A stretch of DNA of 58,992 nt, filler included. It is 5 parts of 5 records of this genome, joined end to end, with 100 filler letters (N's around TTAATTAATTAA, not from the genome) between each part and the next. Parts side by side here need not be neighbours in the genome. Positions count along the whole stretch, not along the records: positions 1 to 15,824 come from SRR2962707_5012; positions 15,925 to 24,532 come from SRR2962707_5014; 3 more parts are not named here. One strand, given 5' to 3'. This document shows positions 11,201-22,883 of this stretch, in pieces. The position numbers and the translations under genes were made by a program. Each line of letters opens with the position of its first letter. The stretch's first letter is position 1. The notes beneath the pieces are model-generated. The model saw nothing but the letters and a program-made list of their open reading frames with translations. It made no database searches and was not told the origin of the DNA.

Positions 11201-14200
11201 ATTTTTGCTGGAGCGTTGATGGACGATCTCATGAACCTTGTTGATGTAGCCGGTGATGGCATTGGGTATGTGCAAGTAATTCTTGACACTGGTACGTTGA
11301 CCTTGTCTTGCCCGGAAACGTAGCCAGCAACGGTGTTGTGCCTCGGCGTACCATGTTTTGCGTGAACTCTTCCCTGCTGTTGCAACAATCGAATCACAAT
11401 GTTTGCATTTCTACGTGCAGGGAGTGTGGTTCCGCCACCATCTGACATGACCGCCGAAGAGGATTCCGGATCTGAACTCCCACCTGATGTCCGCAGGCAA
11501 CTTTTCCATCGCTTGCGCCCATTAGTGTGCATTTCATCTGCACAGCGCCGTTGTTTCCTGGACTTAGTGCATGTGGAAGGTAGTGTGAACAATGCACTGC
11601 GAACGGTAGGAGTGTTTAGCTCTGAGCTCAAAGGCGACGATCCTAATAGTGGATTCTTCTTGGACATTCCGCGCATCCGTGGTGCTTTTGCAGAAACTCT
11701 TGGAACACTTCTCGGTGATTTCTCGGTATTTGCGCTCAATGAACAGTATGTATCCAATGGCGAAGCGTCGGCATTTCCAGCCACAGTACCAGATGGTTCG
11801 CACCCGTTTCTTCGTCGACACGTGCAAAGCCGTGTTTTTGCAACTTTTTGTGAAGCTGTTTCCCACAGGAATCTGAATCAGCCGATTGATGGTCAAACAA
11901 ATGACCAGATTAGCAGTGGTACTGCCAATGTGGATATCCAAGACGCACTTGTGGAGAGGCGAGCAAGGCTGTTCGCAAGTTGTCGCCGAGACAAACAATT
12001 ACTCAGTCGCTTAGTTGGCCCCATCACGTTTCATGCAGCCCATGCTCGCTACAATGAAATGTTTCACCAGCAACAACCGGAGGCTATGGTGGAAGAAACC
12101 ATTCGACGCTTTTCTCGACGGCTGCAGCAACGTCGTGCTTCGCTTGCGGCTTTAGCGGTTGACACGGCAATGCTTCTCGCTTCACACCCAACTTTCGGTG
12201 AAGAAAATCGCCCACAAGGGGGCGATGAAGCATACGGATCTCCTTCAACACCTCTGAGTGATGATGCTCAATCTGAAGACAACAGTGATAGCGAGAGCAG
12301 GTCATCGTCTGAATTTGATGATGGGGAGGTAGACCTTGACGCAAAACTTTTGCGCACCAGCCACAATTCTGATATGGAACGTAGTCTGTCGACTGACTTG
12401 CCATCTGCTCGCTCTCCATCACTGACCGAGGCAGCGGAACTGCTGGATGCAGCGATTGACGGCTGCGAGCGTTCACGAGATGTCGAAGCGCTTGAACAAG
12501 CATTGGCCACGGTTGCTGGCATGGACCGAAATAGCACCGAGCTGAAGCCCTCCATCGAGGACGCAGAAGAGTTACTGGCTGAACTTCGAGCCGAACAACG
12601 CGTTGTCTCCCAAACTGTTGCTGCTGGAACTGATTATAGCGACGAGGATAATGAGCGCGAAAATATTGGGGATGGTGGCATGGCTCAAATTATTAACGAA
12701 CAATTTCGAGCAGGAGTCATCAGCGCGGAAGAGCGAGACGCCATGCTCCAAGTACAAAAACGAGGCGAGCACGTCTCGGAGTCTGACGAAATGCAGATGT
12801 CGAACACATCTAGTCATGCGATTCACGACAGTCAAGATCCAAATGGACACGATACCGATACTATCGATAGCGACGAAAACAGCAGCGACCTTGCCATGGA
12901 TGAAGATGACTGGCAAGTGGGTGATTCAGTGGCTGTGTTTCCCGATGAACCCGCTGCTTCAGATCCAAATGCAGATTTCCGTGAAGCCACAATTCTTTGC
13001 CTTGGTTTGGGAGAGCAACAGACAATGGTCGAAGTTCGTTTCAACAGTAAACCAGCGACAACTGCAATTGTTCCTGCATCGTGCTTAGTTCTTCTTGGCG
13101 AAGAGGAGGAAGAGGAGGTGGTCGAGAGTGATTCTGGCAGCTTGAGCCTCAGTGTGGGGGATGCTGAGCAAGGCAATCCCTTCGGCTCGGATGAAAGCAG
13201 TGACGATACTAGTGATGATGAAAAACATCGTGACCACAGCAGGACCACGGGGGAGTTGAGCAATGTGGTGCACTCTGACAAAGAATGTCACCCGTCGAGC
13301 GACGAACATTCAGGAAATATGAAGTTGCGCGAGGCACAGGCAGCACTCGACGAGGCCAGTGCTGTCTCACCCACATCGGTTTCATTGCCACACAGCCTAC
13401 AAGACACGGAGTTGTTGGAAGAATGTGAAGCCTTTCCAGCAATCGCTGAGTCTACAGCAGCGAGTCCGAGAGATGCAATCACAAACGTGTACGGTGGCGA
13501 GAAGAGTGCGGTTGGGCAGGTGGCTGCTTGTTCCAAGGACAAAAACGATGTGATGCCAGTACCTTTCAGTGCATTGGAAGTTGGTTCTCGTGTACAGCTT
13601 GTGGAAGATCCTTCTGCAATGCGGCAAGCTCAGGCACGAGCGGATTTGGAATGGGTTCCAGCGCTGGAGGCGAAGTGTGGTGTGTTTGCCACAATCGTGG
13701 ATTGCGATGACAGTGATGACACAGTTCAAGTTGAGTTTGCCGACTGCTCCAACGAATGGTTTCACGTGTCTGCACTTCAACGCCATGTCAATGGCAAAGA
13801 CATTGTGAACCAGAGGGAAGAAGAAGACAAAAAAAGTGAAGCCAGTCATGACTCGCAAGTTGGTGCTTTGGAGTGCAATATTTCGTTTGACCTCGCAGTG
13901 GCCGGGACCGTTGTGTGCTTGGTGCCTGACGCAGCGTTGCTGCGCGAAGCACAAGCCCGCGCGGAGCTAGAGTGGGCACCATCACTCACGAAACAATGTG
14001 GAAAGGAAGCGACGGTAGTGAAGCGCGATCCCAAGGATGAAACAGTGTGCATAAAGTTTGCAGACAATGTTGATGCATGGGTGCACATTTCGGCCATATT
14101 GCGCCCAGCTGCTCGACGAATTGCATGGCCAGCAACGGAGGAGTCGGTCCCACCCAGCGTTGCAAAACGGACTGAAACTGACGATACCAGTCCCGGTGAC

Positions 14201-15244
14201 GATCTTAACGAACCAAAGGAAATTTTGCGTGACAACGTGACTACTCAGGAACCATCGGGTATTCTTACAATCGATGAGGTGGTACTTGGTGCAGCGGTGC
14301 GTGTACTGCCCGACGTCAAGCTTGTTGAACAGGCGCAGGCGAGCGCAGATTTGGAATGGTCCACCCTTTTATCACAACGATGCGGTGCTGACGCGATTGT
14401 TGTTGACCGAGATATGAGTGATGGAACCGTGCAAGTTCAATTTGACGATGGTTGCGAGGAATGGTTTCACGTTTCGGCACTTGCTCAGGAAACACACCTT
14501 TACGAACCAAAATCCGCGTGGGCAGGCACAACAAGCCAGCACACGCCTGCCACATCTGGTGTTGCTGAGACTATGAACCACGAAACAGAAGATAGGGAAA
14601 CAACACTGAGTAGCAGCAATATGAGTGAAAAAGAAAGTGAGAGTGTTTCTCCACATTTTTCACCAATGCAATTCAGCCGTGCTTGTCTCGGAGTCGTTGT
14701 ACAGCTTTCTACAAATGTAGATATTGTGCGCAAGGCTCAGCGTCAAGCCGATCTGGCGTGGTCCCCTAATTTGGCCACTTACTGCGGAACTGAGGCAACA
14801 ATCGTAGATCGTGATGAGTCCGACAGCACACTCCAACTAAAATTTTCTGATGGCCAAGATGAATGGCTTCATATCTCTGCTGTTTGCAAGAGTCCGAATG
14901 GCCCCGACAATGAGAATGCTCAAGTTGACACCAAAGCCGACGGAGGCGCTCACAGTTCTTCAGCTCGGCCTGCCGACAGCGCACTTTGCCAAGCTGACAT
15001 TGACGAAAAAGTTGAGGATCTTCCGCTCAGCTTGCCTCGCAGTGCTGCATACTTCACGAAGCGATTTCGGGAAGTTTTTGGACAGAAGATGCAGGAACTG
15101 CGAGAGCACTACGTGCGCAAGCGCCGACCAGCTTCGCTGCAAGTTCAGTGGTACAACAGCCTCGCGGGCACGGCAAAGTTCATCCAGATGGTATGGCGGC
15201 GCCACCACGTGCGCCAGCGGGGGGGAGTAAAAGAGTCTGAATAA
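5283..15244 (+). CDS. Large multidomain trafficking regulator PH-ArfGAP-Pro-rich-ANK-F-box-like-ANK-DENN-4x Mib SH3 repeat-IQ-like; 9 exons (5283-5971, 6161-7366, 7506-8256, 8361-8654, 8778-9194, 9272-10023, 10127-11038, 11128-11291, 11421-15244), 3002 aa
   Basis: All eight GT-AG introns join consecutive ORFs in phase (9009 nt total). ArfGAP zinc finger CADC-x16-CVECSGTHR; ankyrin motifs GDTALHVAC, GDTPLQIA, GFSPLHVAA, GRTALQCAA; DENN motifs ILWRYP, LLTDAKVLLVS and LLYPYVWPNNYIPFLP. Confidence 0.75.
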
Positions 15245-15704
15245 AATGTGTGCTTCCACGTCTGAAACAAATGACGCGGGAACAGCAGCCTTCTCAGCTG
15301 ACCAAAAGCCAGCCGGTTGTGCTTGACCATTGAAAGTTCCGCACTTGTGCCACAAGTTTTCCTGGTGGGGCCCTTTCGCGCGCAAGTCAACGCACTCCAC
15401 ACTGATACTAACACTCAGCGGCTTGCTTCTGTGGAGCAGCGGTTGGAACCAGTCAGTGTCGCGCTGCGGCACCGAAGCCGAAACTGCAACGAGCTCAAAT
15501 ACGTAAATGCGCCACTCTCGTCGTCTTATTGTGCAATGATGTTGTGAAGGGTGGTCTGTCTGGTCCATTGAAGTTCATAAAAATCCACCTTGAAAATTTA
15601 AACAGTTGACAGTGAGTTTTTTGCACTTACTTATCACCATGTTTCCTTATAAGTGAAATATCTTTAATTAAGCGGTAGTTAAAATAAAGCACCCAGTGTC
15701 CGTT

Positions 15705-15824
15705 TCGCTCCTCCTCTCTCTTATCTCTCTCGTGCTCCTGCTCTCCCTCTCTCCGTCTCTCGCAATCTCTCTCTCTCTCTCTCCCTCCCGCTCGCTCGCT
15801 CGCTCGCTCTCGCGCTCTCTCTCT
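15705..15824. repeat. (CT)n/(CGCT)n low-complexity tract at contig end
   Basis: Direct reading of the sequence. Confidence 0.9.
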
Positions 15825-15924
15825 NNNNNNNNNNNNNNNNNNNNNNNNNNNNNNNNNNNNNNNNNNNNTTAATTAATTAANNNNNNNNNNNNNNNNNNNN
15901 NNNNNNNNNNNNNNNNNNNNNNNN
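15825..15924. other. Artificial contig spacer N44-TTAATTAATTAA-N44
   Basis: Identical 100-nt structure occurs four times; the core has stops in all six frames. Confidence 0.97.
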
Positions 15925-17248
15925 GTTAGATGATGGCTATATAGAGCTTGCAGAGCAATTGATTGTAAATGCGATAATAGACGGCCTTAATACAGCACGT
16001 GCCAGTATATGGTTACTCAATAACGATAATAGCCAGTGCCATTGCCAATTACTGATAGATAAAACCAATGCCGAGATAGATCAGTCATTAATATTAACGC
16101 GGGTTAATTTTCCTGCTTATTTTAGTGCACTCGATTCGCAGCGTGTGATCATTGCTAATAACGCGCATACTGATCTCGCTACATCTGAATTTTCTGAGCA
16201 TTATTTAACACCCCTTGGTATTCATTCCATGTTGGATGCGCCACTGCGCTTTAAAGGCAAAATGATCGGCATTTTTTGTTGTGAACACACCGGAAGTTTC
16301 CGGCAATGGGCAGACGATGAATGTACGTTTCTTTGTGGATTGGCTGATCTTTATGGCCGGGCACTGTCGGCGCAGGAGAGCCGATTAGTAAAACAAGAGT
16401 TAGAAGCTGCAAATCGCTACCTTGAAGAACGTGTTGTTGAGCGCACCAATACGCTACAAAAAACCTTAGAAGCGCTCACTGGCACGCAAGAAAAACTAAT
16501 CGAGTCTGAAAAAATGGCCGCATTAGGAAATCTCGTTGCAGGGGTTGCCCACGAAGTAAACACACCGATCGGTGTTGCCGTTACTGCCAATAGTTCAGCA
16601 ACCGATAACCTCAAACAACTAAAGCAGCAGCTAGCGGCTAATACGTTATCGAAAAAGAGCTTAATGAGCTCTCTTGAGCATATTGATGAGTGTTTAACGA
16701 TCGCAAGTAGCAACCTCGATAGGGCGGCAGCTTTGATCTGTAATTTTAAACAAACAGCCGTTGACCAATCATCATTAGATATTAGTACTGTGCTGCTAAA
16801 GGATTATTTGGCTAATACCATCCATAGCCTCACGCCATTAACCCGCAGCCATCATATCAGCACTGCAATTGACTGCGACGAAACACTTAGCTTAGTGACG
16901 GTATCCGGTGCTTTAAGCCAAATTCTTATGAATCTAGTAAGTAATAGCTGCGTGCATGGCTTTAAAGAACGAACCAATAACCAGATCAACATTACCGTCC
17001 AAGTAGATAACCAGCAGGGCAATTATACGTTATGCTATCGCGATAACGGCCATGGCATGACGACTAACGTTTTACAAAGTGTGTTCGAACCTTTCTTTAC
17101 CACCACTCGTGGCAAAGGTGGCAGTGGTTTAGGCATGGCGATTGTTTATAACCTTGCAACTCAAGCGCTGCAAGGCGATGTAAAAGTACACAGCCAACCG
17201 CAGCAAGGTATAACCGTCACCTTTACTTTTCCCCTTAGTTTGAGCTGA
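15925..17248 (+). CDS. GAF-domain sensor histidine kinase (5' truncated by contig edge)
   Basis: GAF (SMLDAPL..GK.IGIFCCEH), coiled coil, H-box VAHEVNTP, N-box NLVSNS..HG, DNGHG, FFTT and GSGLG. Confidence 0.9.
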
Positions 17249-17307
17249 GTGAAAAACAGCTCGTTTGTGGAAGATTTATTCTGGTGACGGGTAATATAAA
17301 CCAGTCT

Positions 17308-20300
17308 TTAGGATTGATTTAATGAGCTTTTATACTTTGTAAGGCAATCACTCAGCGCGGTTATTTTCAGCTCACATAATGCAGCTTGCTGCTGTTTAGC
17401 TGCATCTTCTAACTCGCTTGCCAGTTCACTTAATGTGTTTGCCATCACCATTTGCGCCGCTCCTTTGAAGCGATGGGCTATCGCGCTCAGTTGTGTAAAA
17501 TCAGTTTGGGCGTATGCATCACTAAGTTCGCTTATATCGATATTTGCACTGGCAATAAACTCTGCAAGTAGTTCCAATACAGATTCTTTAGCGCCAAACA
17601 TGTGTTGTAATTCAGCAATATTAAACTGCATTTCGCTTACCTTGTCAGTGGGTACGTTACTGTGCGCAGTCACTGGCGCGAGGGACGGTAAATATTTATT
17701 AAGTTTAGCCTGTAGCACGCTTTGGCTCACCGGTTTGCTTAGGTAGCCGTTCATTCCAAGCTCAATACAGTGCTGTGCTTCACCAGTTAATGCATTTGCG
17801 GTAAATGCAATGATTGGTATAGTACAGCCTTGTTGGCGCAGTTGCTTAGTAAGTCCGTAGCCATCGAGTTCCGGCATATGGCAGTCAGTGATCAGTAAAT
17901 TGTAATCTTGCTTTCCAATGGCTTCGAGCGCTTGTACACCGTTTTCAACATAATCGGCTTGATAGCCTAAGCTTTCGAGTTGACGCTTAATCACTCTACG
18001 ATTAGTCGGGTGATCCTCGGCAACCAAAATTAAGCGGCCACTGGCAATGGCTTGCTGTTTGGTTTGCAGCACAATCTTTTGCTCTTGTGTGGTGCCCGTA
18101 AAGTTCATTAACTGATTATCGTAAGCCTTAGCAAGAATATTAAGTAAGGGCGACAGCAACAATGGATTGGCGGGTAAAAAGTAATCGGCATCGAGATCAC
18201 TGTTTGCCACGGCGCACAGTTTAACCCATACATTACTGCTATCAGCCGTTTTTAACCGCTGAATATGATTGAGTTGGTTATGATAAATAATCACGCAATC
18301 ACTGTGTTGTTGCGGGTTAAGCCATACCGTTGGGTTATTGGTGTTCGGTTCATGAATAAATGCCACCTGCCAACGCTTTAAATAATGCATCACCTGTTTA
18401 ATACATTCACTGCCATCATCAAGTAGCAGTAATGATTTGTGCAACGGTGTTTTTGGTAACGTAGAGACCGCATATGATTCAAGCGGGATCACAAAACTAA
18501 ACGCACTGCCTTTACCCAAGTCACTTTTTAATGAGATCTCACCACCAAGGCGGTTTACCAGCATGCGACAAATTGATAGCCCTAAACCTGTGCCACCGTA
18601 TTGACGATTAGTAGAGCTTTCCGCTTGCATGAATGGCGTAAACAACTTGCTTTGATTTTCCTGCGCAATGCCTAGGCCATTATCAGTCACTGTAAACTCT
18701 ACCTGTTGGATATTGCCATCGCTATGTAGTGGCTTTACCGCCATTGCGATATTTCCTTGCTCAGTAAACTTAACCGCGTTACTCAGTAAGTTTGAGAGCA
18801 CTTGTTGTAAACGGACCGGATCTGTTTCAATCAAGCGTTGTAGTTGTGGATCAAAATCAAAACTCATCTGTAAGTTTTTAGCTTGGGCATTGGCAACATG
18901 AGCACGCATTGCATTTTCAACAATATCGAGTAAATCACATTCTACTTTTTCAATGGCAAACTGCTGCTCTTCCATTTTTGTATGATCCAATACATCGTTG
19001 AGAATATGCAGTAAGTTATTCGCTGATGTTGTAATGGTATTGATGTCATCACGTTGCTGATAATCCAAAGATGATTGTGATAACAGCTCTGCGGTGGTAA
19101 TAACTCCGCTCAATGGGGTGCGAATTTCATGGCTCATCATGGCTAAAAAACGCGATTTAGCAATGGCTGCTTGCTCAGCTTTGGTCTTTTCTTCACTGAG
19201 TGCGATTTCTTGCTCTTTACGTTGGCTTATCTCAAGTAATACACCGCTCCATTCGCAGTCATCATCTGCAGTAGTAGGAAACGCCACCAAATTTAGCCAA
19301 TTACTGTAAGGCGCATTAAGCACAAACTCAAAATCAATGCCTTGTTTATCTTCTAAAGCTTGCTGAGCGGCATTAATTAACTGCTGTATTTGCGGTTGTG
19401 AGATCAATTTAAAAAAGTCACTGTCACCGCTTTTGATGGTATGTTTTGCCGATAAATTGATTTGTTTAAAGGGCGTAAAACGCTCAATCCCTTGGCTGGC
19501 GTAACTAAAAATCAGTTGCTTATTATCAATCCGAAATTGCACCACAGCCCCAGGTATCGCATTGGCTATTGATGTCAGCTTTTGCTCTGCTTGCAACGCT
19601 CGCTGCTGCGCTATCCGTCGAAAACGGATCTCTTGGCGTAATGTTTGATTCCAGTATAAAAAGCCTGCCACAACCAATAAAAATAGCGCACCGGCAACAA
19701 TACTATAATAGATGATTTTTTTTATTGTCACGCCTTGGTTTGCAGTAAGCTCAATCCAACTGCGAGAAAGTGATTCAAGCTCTTCATAGCCAATTGCATC
19801 CAGCGCTTGATTTACCAGCTCAAGTAAAAGTGGCGCTTGTTTTGAGATACCAAGTTGCACATCAATATTGTTGTTAATCGAAAAGTTTTGCTGCAGTTTA
19901 TAAGCATGCTCAGTGTCTTGTGCAAGCCAAGATTGTGATGTTGCTAATGTGGTAAATATAGCGTCAACCTTGTTATTGTTCAGTAATTGCAGGCTTTTTT
20001 CCATGCTGCCTTGAACATTAAATTGACTCTCAGGAAAGTAATCTTGCAGAATTGCTCTGGCGTAATCACCATTTGGCGAAACAATTTTATAGTTACCATA
20101 GCGTAGCTTAGTAATATTAAGTGAGCTATTTTTCAGCGTGACTAAACTCCAAGGAGTACTGAGGTAAGGGTCTGAAAAATTCATTAAAGCCGAGCGCTCG
20201 TTGGTACGCAGCATCGCTGGAATAATATCGATTTTACCGGCCGTTAACAGCGCCATAGCCTCTTCATAGGAGCTACTTGGCACATACTCTAAGGTCACCC

Positions 20301-21270
20301 CCAGTAACGTTGCAATACGATTTAACACGCTAATTGATAAGCCCATTGGTTTATTTGCTTTATCGCGCATCGTAATGGTATGCCAATTAGCTAAAGTGGT
20401 ATAGCGCAACACCGAATGCTGAGCCAACCAGTCTTGTTGGCTGGGCGTGATCAACATCACCGACTTTTTATCGCGGCGTTGCCATTTACTGGCGTGGGAT
20501 ACCATCGTTGAGATTGTCACAGGATCGGTTTTATCAATTAGCGCATTAATTTTTTGATTGAGCGCCGTGTTACTTTTTAATAAGGGGATATGCCACTTTT
20601 TATCAGCAATCGTATCTTGGGCTACAACAGTAAATGACCCCGGCGAGAGGGTTGACGCCAAATATTGATTGGTTAATGAATCATTAAAATGCGCGTTAGC
20701 TAAGTTGTAGGTGAGTGCAGGGATAATATCGTTTTGATGCTGTAGCTCAAATATTTCAAGGTTAGGAAACTGCTTAGCGATGTAGTCTTTTTGTACATCA
20801 GTTTTTGAGACCGCTAATTTTATATTGTTTTTATCTTTTAAAATAAAAGGTTTACTTACCAGTTCTGTTTTAAGTAGCAAATTACGAGGGGTAGATAAAA
20901 TAGTATGGCTGAGGATAAGGTAATCTGCGCGTTGTGGCGTTAATTGTAATCCCAAGGCAATATCGATACGCTTATTTTGTGCCGCCGTTTCAAGTTCAGT
21001 CACCGAATCATAAATTTGGTATTGTACTTGTAGGTGCAACGACTGCGCTAAATGTTCAATGTATTCAGGGTATAAGCCAGCAATTTGGTTGTCATCGTTA
21101 ATAGCAAAATAAGGAACATGGTTCGCTTTCAGTGCGCCCACTAAGAGTACTTTTTTGTCCAGCAGTGGCTCTACAGGCTTATCCAGAGCATAGCTATTAA
21201 AGCTACTAATACACAGAAAAATCAGGCTAACCGCATGTATTAATATTGAATAAGCGTATCGTTTGCTCAT
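17308..21270 (-). CDS. Hybrid sensor kinase, BvgS/EvgS/VieS-like (2 periplasmic binding domains-TM-PAS-like-HisKA-HATPase-REC-Hpt)
   Basis: MMSHEIRTP, NAVKFT, GGTGLGL, LLITDCHMP and Hpt AHRFKGAA motifs; N-terminal signal and substrate-binding-like repeats. Confidence 0.92.
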   Translation of the reverse strand: MSKRYAYSILIHAVSLIFLCISSFNSYALDKPVEPLLDKKVLLVGALKANHVPYFAINDDNQIAGLYPEYIEHLAQSLHLQVQYQIYDSVTELETAAQNKRIDIALGLQLTPQRADYLILSHTILSTPRNLLLKTELVSKPFILKDKNNIKLAVSKTDVQKDYIAKQFPNLEIFELQHQNDIIPALTYNLANAHFNDSLTNQYLASTLSPGSFTVVAQDTIADKKWHIPLLKSNTALNQKINALIDKTDPVTISTMVSHASKWQRRDKKSVMLITPSQQDWLAQHSVLRYTTLANWHTITMRDKANKPMGLSISVLNRIATLLGVTLEYVPSSSYEEAMALLTAGKIDIIPAMLRTNERSALMNFSDPYLSTPWSLVTLKNSSLNITKLRYGNYKIVSPNGDYARAILQDYFPESQFNVQGSMEKSLQLLNNNKVDAIFTTLATSQSWLAQDTEHAYKLQQNFSINNNIDVQLGISKQAPLLLELVNQALDAIGYEELESLSRSWIELTANQGVTIKKIIYYSIVAGALFLLVVAGFLYWNQTLRQEIRFRRIAQQRALQAEQKLTSIANAIPGAVVQFRIDNKQLIFSYASQGIERFTPFKQINLSAKHTIKSGDSDFFKLISQPQIQQLINAAQQALEDKQGIDFEFVLNAPYSNWLNLVAFPTTADDDCEWSGVLLEISQRKEQEIALSEEKTKAEQAAIAKSRFLAMMSHEIRTPLSGVITTAELLSQSSLDYQQRDDINTITTSANNLLHILNDVLDHTKMEEQQFAIEKVECDLLDIVENAMRAHVANAQAKNLQMSFDFDPQLQRLIETDPVRLQQVLSNLLSNAVKFTEQGNIAMAVKPLHSDGNIQQVEFTVTDNGLGIAQENQSKLFTPFMQAESSTNRQYGGTGLGLSICRMLVNRLGGEISLKSDLGKGSAFSFVIPLESYAVSTLPKTPLHKSLLLLDDGSECIKQVMHYLKRWQVAFIHEPNTNNPTVWLNPQQHSDCVIIYHNQLNHIQRLKTADSSNVWVKLCAVANSDLDADYFLPANPLLLSPLLNILAKAYDNQLMNFTGTTQEQKIVLQTKQQAIASGRLILVAEDHPTNRRVIKRQLESLGYQADYVENGVQALEAIGKQDYNLLITDCHMPELDGYGLTKQLRQQGCTIPIIAFTANALTGEAQHCIELGMNGYLSKPVSQSVLQAKLNKYLPSLAPVTAHSNVPTDKVSEMQFNIAELQHMFGAKESVLELLAEFIASANIDISELSDAYAQTDFTQLSAIAHRFKGAAQMVMANTLSELASELEDAAKQQQAALCELKITALSDCLTKYKSSLNQS

Positions 21271-22883
21271 ACCGCGACCTCAATATCAGTGTGTAAAAAA
21301 GCAACCGTGGATTCAATATAGCGGCAGTATTTAAAGTACAGCTCATTATTTTGTTGTGCTGTATTGGTGGTTAAGCAGTGCTTTGCTAATTGGTAATAAT
21401 GTTTTAGTTTTACAGGCGCGATATCCAGCGGGATTGCTTTGCTAAAACCACGAATTAAGGCTTTCGCAAGGCTGATATTAATACCATACTTATCAACGGT
21501 ATTTAGGCAAAGATGAACTGCTTGCATATGTAATCCTTTACTATCAAGGGTCTTTATTGAACGAAGCTGCGCATTAAGTTGCTGCTGATACATTGTTGTG
21601 TAGCGCAAACTATTTTGTAACAACAAAGCCTGGCTCTGCTCTGGTTTAGCCAGTTGCGCAATAAAGCTTGGCAAAGGGCGCATTAATCGGCGATATAAAT
21701 GCACAATATCAAGTTGGCAATAAAAAGGTAGCTCAATATAGCGTTCATACTCAGTGTAGCGCGCTATTATTTGAACTGCTTGCTGGCGTTCGTTTTTACA
21801 TAGCGCCAAACGAGCATCTAAAACGTGCAGAATACTCTGAATGTGCGCCGCTCGTGGGTTTTGCAATATCAGCAAACGTTGTTGTAAGTAATCGCGTTCA
21901 AGGCGAGTAAACGCAGCGTCAGCGGTATTTTTAGCTAACGCTTCTAATTGCACTAACAAGCACCGTAATAGATTAAAGTGGCAGTCAATATTCAGCCAGC
22001 TAAGATGGCGGGTGGCTTTTTGGTAGCGGATAACGCTTTGCTGCATTTGCTCATAGTTGTTTAATATTGTTGCTAGATTAAACTGGATCAATAACCGCTG
22101 CGGGTTAGCTGGAGATATTTCATTCATTTGGCTCAAATAATCATAGGCGTGTTGCAGTTTGCCTTGTGTTAAGCAGCTATAGGCACAAACTTCCAATGCG
22201 CTGAGCCGTAAACGGTTATCCGATAGCAGTGGCTGGGCCAAACTAAATGCGTCAACAGGAGCGTTTTGAGCTAACAACCAGTTGGCATAATTGAGCACAG
22301 CGGTAACATCTCCCTCAGCCATCCGAGTGCTCAGCAAGGCTTTTGCGGCTGTGATCTGCCCATCCCACGTTAGTAACTGTATTTTATAATCTATGTAGTA
22401 AGGTTTGTCGTGTAAGCGCTGCAAGTAGTTGCTCGCGGCAGTCATTCCGGTTTTTAAAAAGTGTGCTTCTAATTCGATTAATGCCTGCTTTTTTTTGTAA
22501 CACGCCACCATGCGCGGCAAAATATGATTAATATTAAAGGGCTTAACTAAGTAGCCGTCAGGGTTCCATTCACTAAAGCCATGCACAACCTGGCGGATTT
22601 GTTCGGCGGTGACAATGTAAATAACACAATGCTTAGCAATTAATTGCGCCATCGTTAAATAGGCAAGTAGTTGCAGGCCATCGGCACCTTGACCTAAATT
22701 GTAATCAAATAGGATAAAATCGAAGGCGCGGGTTTGGCAGGCGTTAATGGTTGTTTTAGCGTTTTTTGCCAGAATGATATTAGACGACTGCGCCCCTTTT
22801 TTTAGCAGCATTAGCTTAATTGCAGATAAAATTAAGCTACTATCGTCAACCACTAACACGCGTTTATCAGCGAGAAAGCTCAC
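21267..22883 (-). CDS. Response regulator REC + TPR-like helical domain (VieB-like)
   Basis: VLVVDD...FILFDYNLGQGADG...YLVKPF receiver followed by a long helical region; 4-nt overlap with the kinase gene. Confidence 0.75.
   Translation of the reverse strand: MSFLADKRVLVVDDSSLILSAIKLMLLKKGAQSSNIILAKNAKTTINACQTRAFDFILFDYNLGQGADGLQLLAYLTMAQLIAKHCVIYIVTAEQIRQVVHGFSEWNPDGYLVKPFNINHILPRMVACYKKKQALIELEAHFLKTGMTAASNYLQRLHDKPYYIDYKIQLLTWDGQITAAKALLSTRMAEGDVTAVLNYANWLLAQNAPVDAFSLAQPLLSDNRLRLSALEVCAYSCLTQGKLQHAYDYLSQMNEISPANPQRLLIQFNLATILNNYEQMQQSVIRYQKATRHLSWLNIDCHFNLLRCLLVQLEALAKNTADAAFTRLERDYLQQRLLILQNPRAAHIQSILHVLDARLALCKNERQQAVQIIARYTEYERYIELPFYCQLDIVHLYRRLMRPLPSFIAQLAKPEQSQALLLQNSLRYTTMYQQQLNAQLRSIKTLDSKGLHMQAVHLCLNTVDKYGINISLAKALIRGFSKAIPLDIAPVKLKHYYQLAKHCLTTNTAQQNNELYFKYCRYIESTVAFLHTDIEVAV

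Noticed and set aside
15245-17248. Bacteria-to-eukaryote gene transfer at the junction
   Set aside because: The two sides are separated by an artificial spacer, so the adjacency is not biological
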